Shown here in pieces: positions 28,573 through 36,257 of a stretch of DNA of 64,000 nucleotides. Both the position numbers and the translations under genes were made by a program. The notes under the pieces were generated by a model. The model was not told the DNA's origin. It searched no databases and saw only the letters and a program-made list of their open reading frames with translations. The DNA is taken from positions 15,719 to 79,718 of the forward strand of contig JBDTVS010000058.1 of assembly GCA_040007095.1 (NCBI GenBank). Direction: 5' to 3'. Every line of letters begins with the position of its first letter. Position 1 is the first letter of the stretch. This DNA comes from Acidobacteriota bacterium. Lineage in GTDB: Bacteria; Acidobacteriota; Vicinamibacteria; Vicinamibacterales; CAVVIG01.

Positions 28573-28857
28573 ATGGATTTCTTGCCGTCGGTTGTTGCAG
28601 CTAGGTACGATGATGAATTTCGAATTCATCTTACGTTCAACGATGACCTGCAGGGCACACTCGATCTTCAGGACTGGCTCGATGGACCGATCTTCGAGCC
28701 GTTGAAAGATCGTGAGCATTTCCGGCAGTTCTTCATCGACGGCGGAACCGTCGTCTGGCCGAATGGCGCGGACATTGCTCCGGAGACCCTGTACGAGGCG
28801 GTCAGGCAAACTGTCGCAGCCCAACATCGGGCTGGAGCCGTCGGCGCTCAGGGCTAG
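28573..28857 (+). CDS. DUF2442 domain protein
   Basis: Start chosen at MDFLPSVVAARYDDEFRIHLTFNDD..G.LDL..W......PL.D...F.QF.IDGGTVVWPNGADIAPE. This is the usual partner of DUF4160. Confidence 0.75.
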   Translation: MDFLPSVVAARYDDEFRIHLTFNDDLQGTLDLQDWLDGPIFEPLKDREHFRQFFIDGGTVVWPNGADIAPETLYEAVRQTVAAQHRAGAVGAQG

Positions 28858-28863
28858 GACGGA

Positions 28864-28951
28864 AGCGCCGCGGCTCAAGCGGACCGCATAACATCCGCTT
28901 GGAGCCGTCGCGCTTAACGGCCGGTGCGCCGCCGCGCGCGGCTCAAGCGGA
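28864..28951. repeat. Local inverted and direct repeat of the gcgcggctcaagcgga motif
   Basis: gccgcggctcaagcgga (28867-28883) pairs imperfectly with tccgcttggagccgtcgcgc. A second direct copy, gcgcgcggctcaagcgga, lies at 28934-28951. A degenerate third copy, gcgcgcggctcattcgtagcg, lies near 29703. Confidence 0.4.
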
Positions 28952-28993
28952 GCGTTGGGCCGATAAAGATGATCGATTCCGATTGAACCGACG

Positions 28994-29464
28994 ATGAAGT
29001 CGACGGTCTATCTCGAAACCACGATTGCGAGCTATCTCGTTGCTGCACCGACCCGCGATATCATCCAAGCGGCGCATCAGCAGGCGACGCGGGAATGGTG
29101 GACAACCCGGGACCGTTTCGATCTCTTCGTATCGGGACCGGTCCTGGCTGAAGCACGTCGTGGGGACACCATCGCGGCGGCTCGTCGGTTGGAAGCGCTG
29201 GCCGGCGTGCCAATCCTGTCCGTCGATCGGGCCGTGCGAACTCTGGCGAATACGCTCCTGCGAGTCGGGGCATTGCCGACGAAGGCTCGTCTCGACGCAG
29301 TCCACGTCGCGATCGCGGCGGTGAACGGCATAGATTACCTCCTCACCTGGAACCTGCGGCACCTCGCCAACGCGGCCATCCGTGGCAAAATCGAGGAAGC
29401 GTGCCGACGGGCCGGCATACAGCCACCAAATATCTGCACACCTGAACAACTGATGGAGGTCTAG
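28994..29464 (+). CDS. PIN-like toxin-family protein
   Basis: 156 aa. 'VYLETTIASYL' and 'DAVHVAIAAVNGIDYLLTWNLRHLAN' resemble a PIN-like family commonly annotated as VapC-type toxins. Confidence 0.65.
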   Translation: MKSTVYLETTIASYLVAAPTRDIIQAAHQQATREWWTTRDRFDLFVSGPVLAEARRGDTIAAARRLEALAGVPILSVDRAVRTLANTLLRVGALPTKARLDAVHVAIAAVNGIDYLLTWNLRHLANAAIRGKIEEACRRAGIQPPNICTPEQLMEV

Positions 29465-29466
29465 CT

Positions 29467-29721
29467 GTGACGCGCCGAGATCCGATCGTCGAGGAAGTCC
29501 GGCGGCATCGAGAAGCGATCGCTCGGGAACGCGGGAACACCGTGGACGCGATCGTCGCTTCATTCCAACGCGAGGAAGCGGCGAGCGGTATCACCACGGT
29601 GTCGCGTCCGCCGAAGCGTCTTGCGAAGTCGGCACCAAAACGCAAACTCCACAAAACCGATCGGCGCAAAAAAATGGAGCCGACGCGCTCTGGGTCACGA
29701 AAGCGCGCGGCTCATTCGTAG
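29467..29721 (+). CDS. Small basic protein, putative partner of the PIN-like gene
   Basis: 84-aa GTG-start ORF that begins 2 nt after the PIN-like stop. No recognisable domain. Confidence 0.45.
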   Translation: MTRRDPIVEEVRRHREAIARERGNTVDAIVASFQREEAASGITTVSRPPKRLAKSAPKRKLHKTDRRKKMEPTRSGSRKRAAHS

Positions 29722-29745
29722 CGATAGGCCGCGAACTGTAACCCT

Positions 29746-30663
29746 CTACCGCTGAGGGTTCGGCGCCGCCTCTCCTTGCTGGCCACCACCGCCTGCGCCC
29801 CGCCCGCCAGCTCCACCGGCCCGGCCAGCCCCACGTCCGCCCTGGAAATTCGCCTGCAGCAGATGCGTCAGCGTGTGCACGTAGCGGAGCTTGCCGTTCT
29901 CGACCCGGAACAGGTGCGTATCGGGCGCGCCGCTGCCGCCGGCGACGCTCCCCGCGCCGAAGGTGCAGAACGCCACCACCGAACCGATCGTCTCGTCCAC
30001 CACGAAGCGGCGGTTGGCGATGTTCACACCACTGGGAACGCCGACCTGGCACGAGTCGTCCGCTGCGCCTCTGCCCGTGTGCGCGCCGCCTTCCGTGCGA
30101 TTGCAGGGCAGGCCCCACGGCACGAGGTCCATCTTCCCTTCGAGAAACGCATCGAGGTAGGCGTTGGCCGCCGCGACCAGCGTGGTACGCGTGTCGCGCT
30201 TGTCAACCGGAATGACGTCCCATTTCTCGGTGGACGAATACTGCAGGTAGGTGTCGGCGTTGAAGAGCCAGTACCCGGTCGTCGTCCAGAGCGTTTCGAT
30301 CTCGGCGATCTTGTCGTGGTTCACACGCAGGCGCGTGCCGAGGACGTACGGCTTCTCTTTGTTGGCCACGATCGCTTCGGTAAACGTCTGGCACGTCGCC
30401 GTATCGAGCAGGCTGCGCTGGTGATCGATCTTCATCGGCGTCTTGATTACGCCGGTGTTGATGTCGGCGGGCGCCGCATTCTCCATGTAACCCAGCCCCC
30501 GCGCCAGCGGCATGTCGGACGTGTCGCCCCTGGTCTGGGCAGCGATGTAGAGATCGACGGCCCGCTGCAACCCTTCGCGCGTGCAGGACATCTGGGCGAA
30601 GCCGGTCGTGGGAACGAGCAGCGCGCCCGTGAGCACAACCCACGTCAGAGCAATGCGTTTCAT
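29746..30663 (-). CDS. Secreted hypothetical protein with a Gly/Arg-rich C-terminal tail
   Basis: 305 aa. Clear signal peptide (MKRIALTWVVLTGALLVPTTGFAQ), a globular body with four Cys, and the tail GGRGAGRAGGAGGRGAGGGGQQGE. Confidence 0.6.
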   Translation of the reverse strand: MKRIALTWVVLTGALLVPTTGFAQMSCTREGLQRAVDLYIAAQTRGDTSDMPLARGLGYMENAAPADINTGVIKTPMKIDHQRSLLDTATCQTFTEAIVANKEKPYVLGTRLRVNHDKIAEIETLWTTTGYWLFNADTYLQYSSTEKWDVIPVDKRDTRTTLVAAANAYLDAFLEGKMDLVPWGLPCNRTEGGAHTGRGAADDSCQVGVPSGVNIANRRFVVDETIGSVVAFCTFGAGSVAGGSGAPDTHLFRVENGKLRYVHTLTHLLQANFQGGRGAGRAGGAGGRGAGGGGQQGEAAPNPQR

Positions 30664-30890
30664 TGAACCTCCCCCACAAACCGAGCAACTGGCCGTACAG
30701 CGACGTCAGCGGAGCAGTATGAATATCACCATTGCCGCGATCGGCGAAACCGTGGGGCCGTTTGCTCCTGATACACTCCTGCCCTACAGTGCGGCGCTAT
30801 AGTTCGGCCCTGCAGTTCGGCACTATGGTTCCTCACGCGGCCGAGTCGCGCGTGACCTGAACTCCGGTCGGCTCCCGTTGGAGGGTCTCG

Positions 30891-31706
30891 ATGAACGCAC
30901 GATCGCTCGCTCGATGGTCGGTCCGGGCCGGCGCGGCCGTCCTGGTCGGCGCGGTCGTCCTGCTGGGCCCGGGCTCGGCGTCTGCCGACGACCTGCACGT
31001 CATGATCTCCGCAGGCTTCTATCAGGCCTACGCAAAGCTCGGCCCCGAGTTCGAGCGCGCAACCGGTCATCATCTGATCACGACGCGCGGTCCATCGATG
31101 GGCGACTCTCCGGATGCCATACCCGCCCGCTTCGCGCGCGGCGAGACCGCGGACGTCGTGATCCTGGATGGTGAGGCGGCCGACGAGCTCGCGAAGCGAG
31201 GGCTGGTGCGCGCCGGCAGCAAAGTTGAGCTCGCGTTGTCGCAAATCGGCATGGTGGTGCGCGACGGGACGCGGACGCCCGACATCAGCAGCGTCGAGGC
31301 GCTAAAGAGGACGCTGCTAGCCGCAATGTCGATCGGCTACTCGGACAGCGGCAGCGGGACGTATCTGTCGACCACCCTCTTCCCGAAGCTCGGCGTGGCG
31401 GATCAGATCGCCGCCAAAAGTCGAAAGGTGCGCGGGCCGCCATCCGGCGAACCCGTCGCCGCCCTCGTCGCGCGCGGCGAGGTGGAGATCGGGTTTCAAC
31501 AGGTCAGCGAGCTCCTCCACACTCCGGGTGTGACCTTTGTCGGGGCGCTTCCGGCCGAGGTCCAGCCCGGATTCTCGTTCGCCGGAGCGATCGTCACCGC
31601 CGCCCGACACCCCGATGCGGCACTCGCGCTGCTCCGCTTCCTCTCGTCGCCCGAGGCGGCCTCGACGATCTCGACGGCCGGGCTGACGCCGCCGACAGGA
31701 CGGTAG
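30891..31706 (+). CDS. ModA-like (molybdate/tungstate-type) periplasmic substrate-binding protein, orphan
   Basis: 271 aa. Signal peptide and family-like segments (..ADVVILDGEAADELAKRGLV.., ..IGYSDSGSGTY.., ..GEVEIGFQQVSEL..). No permease or ATPase gene is adjacent. Confidence 0.7.
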   Translation: MNARSLARWSVRAGAAVLVGAVVLLGPGSASADDLHVMISAGFYQAYAKLGPEFERATGHHLITTRGPSMGDSPDAIPARFARGETADVVILDGEAADELAKRGLVRAGSKVELALSQIGMVVRDGTRTPDISSVEALKRTLLAAMSIGYSDSGSGTYLSTTLFPKLGVADQIAAKSRKVRGPPSGEPVAALVARGEVEIGFQQVSELLHTPGVTFVGALPAEVQPGFSFAGAIVTAARHPDAALALLRFLSSPEAASTISTAGLTPPTGR

Positions 31707-31741
31707 GAAGTACGGTGGGGTGCTTAATCAGGACAAGCTGC

Positions 31742-33772
31742 TCAAGAACCCACTGCGCTGCGGAGAGGTACGCGGCGCTCTCGATTGGTTCGTCGCGGCG
31801 TCGCCGCATGCCATCTGACTCCCAGCAGCGGAACGAAGACTGCGAGAGCGATGCCGGTCGCCACCGCCCATCCGTTCGACCGTGGCGACATCTCTGGCAT
31901 GGCGTGCGACGGAATCAGGTCTTCCCCGTCGTGACGGGTCCCATCGATGCCGATTAACGCCGAACCTTCGGGAACTGTTTCGAGCAGAACCGTCTTCTCC
32001 ACCGGCTGATAGCCGTACAGCTGCACCGAAACGGTCCAGCGGAGGCGGCCGGGCAAACATGGCGGCGCTGGTGTATTGCGGCCCAACGATCTCATTGCCG
32101 CGGCCGCCATTTGATCCCCGGTAGGTTGCCTCCCTTCCCTGATGGCCCGATCGTATTCGTCGGCGGGCGAAGGGCCGGAGGACGGCTGGGAACACCCGTT
32201 GGCGTACCGGGGCCCGTCGGCACGATGAATCGCGCTCCCCGCAGGTGGCTGAGCGGGGGGGGTGTAGAGCTGCAGTACACCCGGCTCCGGCACCCTCTCC
32301 CATTTCAGAAAGCTCTCAATATCCGCGACTTTGGGGCCGAGCCCGATCGAACCTTTTGGTCTTTCGACCACGCGTTCGATTGTGTAGATTCCAATCGCAT
32401 TGCCCCCTCGGCCCGACCTTTCCTCCATACGCTCAGTCGGGGAGGGTTCGTCGCTGATCTGATCGAGCTCGATGACTGGTAGCGGCGACAAGTACGATTT
32501 GTCTTCATAGTCCCGCATGTAGGTAAGGCCCTCAATCGTATAGGTGGCCTTGAGATGCAGCTTCACCGACCCGCCACTGCCCGAAGTCCAGCTGACGACA
32601 GGTTGGTTGAAGATCACCGAGGGCGCCTCGACCTTGATTTGCATCGGGTCGGAGCGCCTCGGGGAGTCGATGATACGACCGGTGCTCTCATACTCGTACG
32701 GGTAGAAGGTCGGCGGCATGAGCGCGTCGCTGCCGAGCTTCTTGGGCCATCGCGGGAACTGGCCGGACGCTTCGTCTTCGATCATCGCTTCGTCGATCAC
32801 CGTCACCGATCTCCCCGGCGAGGGTACAGCGGTCTTGCCGGGCGGGCCACCGACTGGAAACTCGCTCGGCCCCACTGAAACGTTGGTCGGCGATTGCCAC
32901 GGGACCCAGGAACCAATGATCGGATTTCTGTCGATCAACCGGGTGAGGACGACGAGAATCCGGTCCATGTCCGGCACTCTCGTGTTCTGCGGCAGGATTG
33001 GATCCTGGTGCTTCGTGTGAAACGAGCTCAGTGACGCCTGAAACTCCTGCAGCGCCTTGATGCTATCCCGGGTCGCGCACAAGGCTTTGGCTCTGGAGAA
33101 ACTGAGATGATCCGGCAGGTGAGCGGCCGCCGGATGACCACGAAAGGTGTCCCACTCGAAGTGCGCGTAGTAATCCTGAACGAAGTGCATCAACGCGCCG
33201 GGATTTCCCTGGTCCACGGCGAGGCCCATCAGCCACTTCTTCTGCTTCGCCCGCGCCTCCTCCACCTTGGCGGCAACCTCCGCGGTACATGGCCCTCCTG
33301 CGAACTTGTACTTGTTCGGCGTGTTCTCAGGGGTCAGCGGCGGCTTCATGATGGTCGCGAGGCACTGGTGCTCGGGATTCTCGACCTGCCAGCTCCAACT
33401 GCAGCCGTTCACCAGCGTCTCGTCGGCAAACGCGTGAAGGTCGCGCCATTTGTAGGCGAGCGCAGGCTTGCTGCTGCCGAACAGGCCGAGCACCGCGTGG
33501 TTGGCGCCAAATATGCCATCCCACGTCGTCGCCTCCATCGGCGATGTCACGGGCCACCAGTCGAGCGCATAGGCACCGCTCGCAATTTGGAACGCCTGGC
33601 GTTTCGTGAACCCCACTTGAAGGGCCAGGTAGTAGGTCCATGCGTAGTGGTCGAACTCGTATGCACGGACCGGCTGGACCGACACGTCCGAGCAGAGGAA
33701 CGCAAGAAGTAAGAGGGCGCAGATGGCCGGCGAGCGCCTGCGCGACGGGGCACGTGTGATTGGGTTGATCAT
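31742..33772 (-). CDS. Type I membrane protein: signal peptide, large ectodomain with an HxxxD....H motif (possible zinc phospholipase C / P1-nuclease-like fold), C-terminal TM anchor and a 20-aa cytoplasmic tail
   Basis: 676 aa. Signal 'ICALLLLAFLCSDVSVQPVRA'. 'FDHYAWTYYLAL' and 'ALMHFVQDYYAHFEW' His/Asp motifs. The C-terminal helix VATGIALAVFVPLLGVRWHA is paralogous to the TM helix of the next gene. Confidence 0.65.
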   Translation of the reverse strand: MINPITRAPSRRRSPAICALLLLAFLCSDVSVQPVRAYEFDHYAWTYYLALQVGFTKRQAFQIASGAYALDWWPVTSPMEATTWDGIFGANHAVLGLFGSSKPALAYKWRDLHAFADETLVNGCSWSWQVENPEHQCLATIMKPPLTPENTPNKYKFAGGPCTAEVAAKVEEARAKQKKWLMGLAVDQGNPGALMHFVQDYYAHFEWDTFRGHPAAAHLPDHLSFSRAKALCATRDSIKALQEFQASLSSFHTKHQDPILPQNTRVPDMDRILVVLTRLIDRNPIIGSWVPWQSPTNVSVGPSEFPVGGPPGKTAVPSPGRSVTVIDEAMIEDEASGQFPRWPKKLGSDALMPPTFYPYEYESTGRIIDSPRRSDPMQIKVEAPSVIFNQPVVSWTSGSGGSVKLHLKATYTIEGLTYMRDYEDKSYLSPLPVIELDQISDEPSPTERMEERSGRGGNAIGIYTIERVVERPKGSIGLGPKVADIESFLKWERVPEPGVLQLYTPPAQPPAGSAIHRADGPRYANGCSQPSSGPSPADEYDRAIREGRQPTGDQMAAAAMRSLGRNTPAPPCLPGRLRWTVSVQLYGYQPVEKTVLLETVPEGSALIGIDGTRHDGEDLIPSHAMPEMSPRSNGWAVATGIALAVFVPLLGVRWHAATPRRTNRERRVPLRSAVGS

Positions 33773-33795
33773 GGGAGGTCGCCCGTTGCGTTGCT

Positions 33796-34788
33796 CTACG
33801 GGTCCGGTCGTAGTGACGGAGCCGGGGGCAGTCTCGCGTACTCAGCCTTCAATATCTCTGCGTGCCTTGCGGTCTCGGCCGGATCCAGACGGGGAACGGC
33901 CGCCTCATCTTCCGCCGAGATTCCCAAATAGCCCCGGCCACTTGCCCGGGTGGGCAACGGGCGCGAATCAGGCAAGCCGGACGATCCAGTCGATCCGGGA
34001 AGCGCGGATTCCCCGGAGCGCAGCGCATACCATCCGACCGCCAGAAGAGGAACGAGGACCGCGAGCGCGATACCGGTCGCCACACCCCGTCTGGTCGGCG
34101 GCAGCGACATCTTCGGGATCCAGCCCTGAACGCCTATCCCGCCCCAGGCCGGAGCACCTTGTATCTCTCCCCTGAGGAAGCCGAAGTCGATCGTGGTCCC
34201 GGGCGCCAGCTTGATCGTTTTTCCGGGTTCGACGCGGTGCGCGACACCGCCGGGAACCGTTGCCGACCAGGCGTGATCCGTCAGATTCTTGAGGCCGAGC
34301 AGTGCAGGGTCATTCGGGCGGCCGGCCACCTGCGCCGCCGGAGCGCCGGGGCGCCCACTCCGCATCCCCATGACATCCCGTGCGGTGAGCCTCCGCCCTG
34401 CCTTGAGGAGGATTCCCGATCCCGCCGGAGTGCTGAGGACGAAGCCGCTCTGCCCGTCTCGCACTGTTCCTGCGAGCGGACCGAAGTCGATCCGTAGACC
34501 GCTCTCGAGTTTCACGGTTTTCCCCGGCTCGATTTTCCTCCGTCCACCCTCAGGCGCTGGTGCCGACCAGGCATTGCGGCAGAGGTTCTTCAGTCCCAGA
34601 ATGCTGGGATTCGTGGGGTGGCCCGTGACCTCGGCAAATGCCTTGTCAGTTCCGTGGCTCCCCAACTCGACGAACTCCTCCGCGGCGACGGTCGTTCCAT
34701 CCCGAACCTTCAGGGCGCGGCCCGAAGAGAGCCGTATGATGAAAACCTCTTGCGCGCTCACGGCAATCAGGCTATCACGATGCTCCAT
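33796..34788 (-). CDS. Membrane protein with two tandem FHA-like modules (cytoplasmic), one TM helix and a ~75-aa external tail
   Basis: 330 aa. Two ~95-aa repeats each contain ..AEV.GHP.(N/D)P..LGLKNL....W.A..P.G....(I/V)EPGKT(V/I)KL..G..IDFG. These are homologous to the kinase C-terminus. TM helix VATGIALAVLVPLLAVGWYA. Confidence 0.7.
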   Translation of the reverse strand: MEHRDSLIAVSAQEVFIIRLSSGRALKVRDGTTVAAEEFVELGSHGTDKAFAEVTGHPTNPSILGLKNLCRNAWSAPAPEGGRRKIEPGKTVKLESGLRIDFGPLAGTVRDGQSGFVLSTPAGSGILLKAGRRLTARDVMGMRSGRPGAPAAQVAGRPNDPALLGLKNLTDHAWSATVPGGVAHRVEPGKTIKLAPGTTIDFGFLRGEIQGAPAWGGIGVQGWIPKMSLPPTRRGVATGIALAVLVPLLAVGWYALRSGESALPGSTGSSGLPDSRPLPTRASGRGYLGISAEDEAAVPRLDPAETARHAEILKAEYARLPPAPSLRPDP

Positions 34789-34933
34789 CGGCGAACCGCT
34801 CCGGAGGGGACCTAATCAAATCGTCTCCGCCGACAGGGATGGGCTCGCGTCGGGAAGGCGCGACCGAGAGGTGGTCGTGAAAAGGCCTGGATACCGGTTA
34901 CAATCCGCCCGCTCCCGCATTCGGGATGTGACA

Positions 34934-35116
34934 ATGCCGCAGTGTCCCTTCTGTCAATCCGATCTGGGCTCTGGACGCGCCGGGCGCTCTTGCCCGGCCT
35001 GCGGCAAGCCGCTTCCTCAGACGTGGAGTGCAGTGACACCGCGGGTCGGGCAGTTGACGGTGGGCGGTGTGATCGTCACGCTCCTCTGGGTCGTGCTGGT
35101 CAATTCGCGCTGCTGA
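34934..35116 (+). CDS. Zinc-ribbon plus single-TM mini-protein
   Basis: 60 aa from an internal ATG: MPQCPFCQSDL....RSCPACGKPL (CxxC..CxxC), followed by the hydrophobic helix LTVGGVIVTLLWVVLV. It is divergent from the 330-aa gene and sits 35 nt upstream of the next FHA-like gene. Confidence 0.5.
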   Translation: MPQCPFCQSDLGSGRAGRSCPACGKPLPQTWSAVTPRVGQLTVGGVIVTLLWVVLVNSRC

Positions 35117-35150
35117 GCGCGGGACGGATCGAACGTCATGGGGACACAGC

Positions 35151-36257
35151 ATGAGCACGGCTGATACGTTCACTTTGCGACTGAAGTCAGGTCGCACGCT
35201 ATCGTTGCGAGATGGCGTCACGCTGAAAGCCGACGACCTCCTCGGGGTCACATCCACACGTGCTGACGGCGTGGTCGCCGAGGTTTCGCCGAGCCCGCAC
35301 GATCCCAGCGTGCTCGGCCTGATGAACCAGACGCGACACGCGTGGTCCGCCACACTGTCCGACGGCAGTCTGCGCCAGGTCGACCCCGGCAAGAGCATCA
35401 AGTTGGCGGACGGCACGGCGCTCACGATCGCGTCGACGCGCGTCGCTGTCCGACAACGCACTGGCGGATTCGTCCTGAGCATCCCGACCGTTGGCGATAT
35501 TCCACTCAAGAGCGGGACGCGGCTGAAAGCCGGCGAACTGCTCGGTGTGGCCGCGAGCCCCACGGGCGTGGTAGCGGAGGTCGGACGCCACCCGAAAGAT
35601 CCTGCCATTCTGGGCCTCAGGAATCTCACGAATCTTCCCTGGTCCGCCCGCCTCCCGGACGGAAGCCAACGACGCGTCGAACCCGGCAAGAGCATCTCCC
35701 TGACAGGCAGAACGACCATCACCTTCAGCCACGTCGAAGCAACGATCGAAGAACCGATAGCCACGCCCGGGCGGCGATCGCTGGGCCTCAAACCGTACTT
35801 CGATGAGCAGCGGGCGCAGTCGTCGGCGGCACATCCGGTGCGCTCCACGCCGCGGCCGGAGCAGCGCTCGGGATTTGACTGGCAGAATTTTCGACCGGAC
35901 CTTCTGAGCAGCGCGGTCGCCATCGGCTTCGCCGTGCTGACGCGGAGCGTCGTGCCCGTCATCATCTCGATGCTATTGGTCGGCGGCATGCGTCATTTCG
36001 GCCAGGGGATCGATCGAGCGCTCTCGCCGTTCTGGCGACTTCGGGACGTCATCCCTCGACCGCTGCGGATGGGTCTCGGCTGGATCGTTCCAATAGGTGT
36101 GGGCTATTTGATGACGGCATCCCCGACGCTGCAGAACGGGATTGCGCGTTTGCCATTCGGCGCGCCCGAGATCTCCGTCTTCACTGCCACCGCAGTGATC
36201 GCCGCGCCGCTCGCATATTTCCTCGTCCGTGAACCTCAGCGGGGAGCCACGTCGTGA
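35151..36257 (+). CDS. Membrane protein with two tandem FHA-like modules and a C-terminal multi-TM region
   Basis: 368 aa. The repeats contain ..VVAEV...P.DP..LGL.N.T...WSA.L.DGS.R.V(D/E)PGKSI.L. The C-terminal ~130 aa hold about three hydrophobic helices. The stop overlaps the next gene's start by 4 nt. Confidence 0.7.
   Translation: MSTADTFTLRLKSGRTLSLRDGVTLKADDLLGVTSTRADGVVAEVSPSPHDPSVLGLMNQTRHAWSATLSDGSLRQVDPGKSIKLADGTALTIASTRVAVRQRTGGFVLSIPTVGDIPLKSGTRLKAGELLGVAASPTGVVAEVGRHPKDPAILGLRNLTNLPWSARLPDGSQRRVEPGKSISLTGRTTITFSHVEATIEEPIATPGRRSLGLKPYFDEQRAQSSAAHPVRSTPRPEQRSGFDWQNFRPDLLSSAVAIGFAVLTRSVVPVIISMLLVGGMRHFGQGIDRALSPFWRLRDVIPRPLRMGLGWIVPIGVGYLMTASPTLQNGIARLPFGAPEISVFTATAVIAAPLAYFLVREPQRGATS

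Noticed and set aside
34899-34904. TACAAT -10-like hexamer 30 nt upstream of the zinc-ribbon mini-gene, in the divergent 145-bp intergenic region.
   Set aside because: No convincing -35 element lies at the right spacing, and promoter consensus for this lineage is uncertain. It is too weak to list as a feature.
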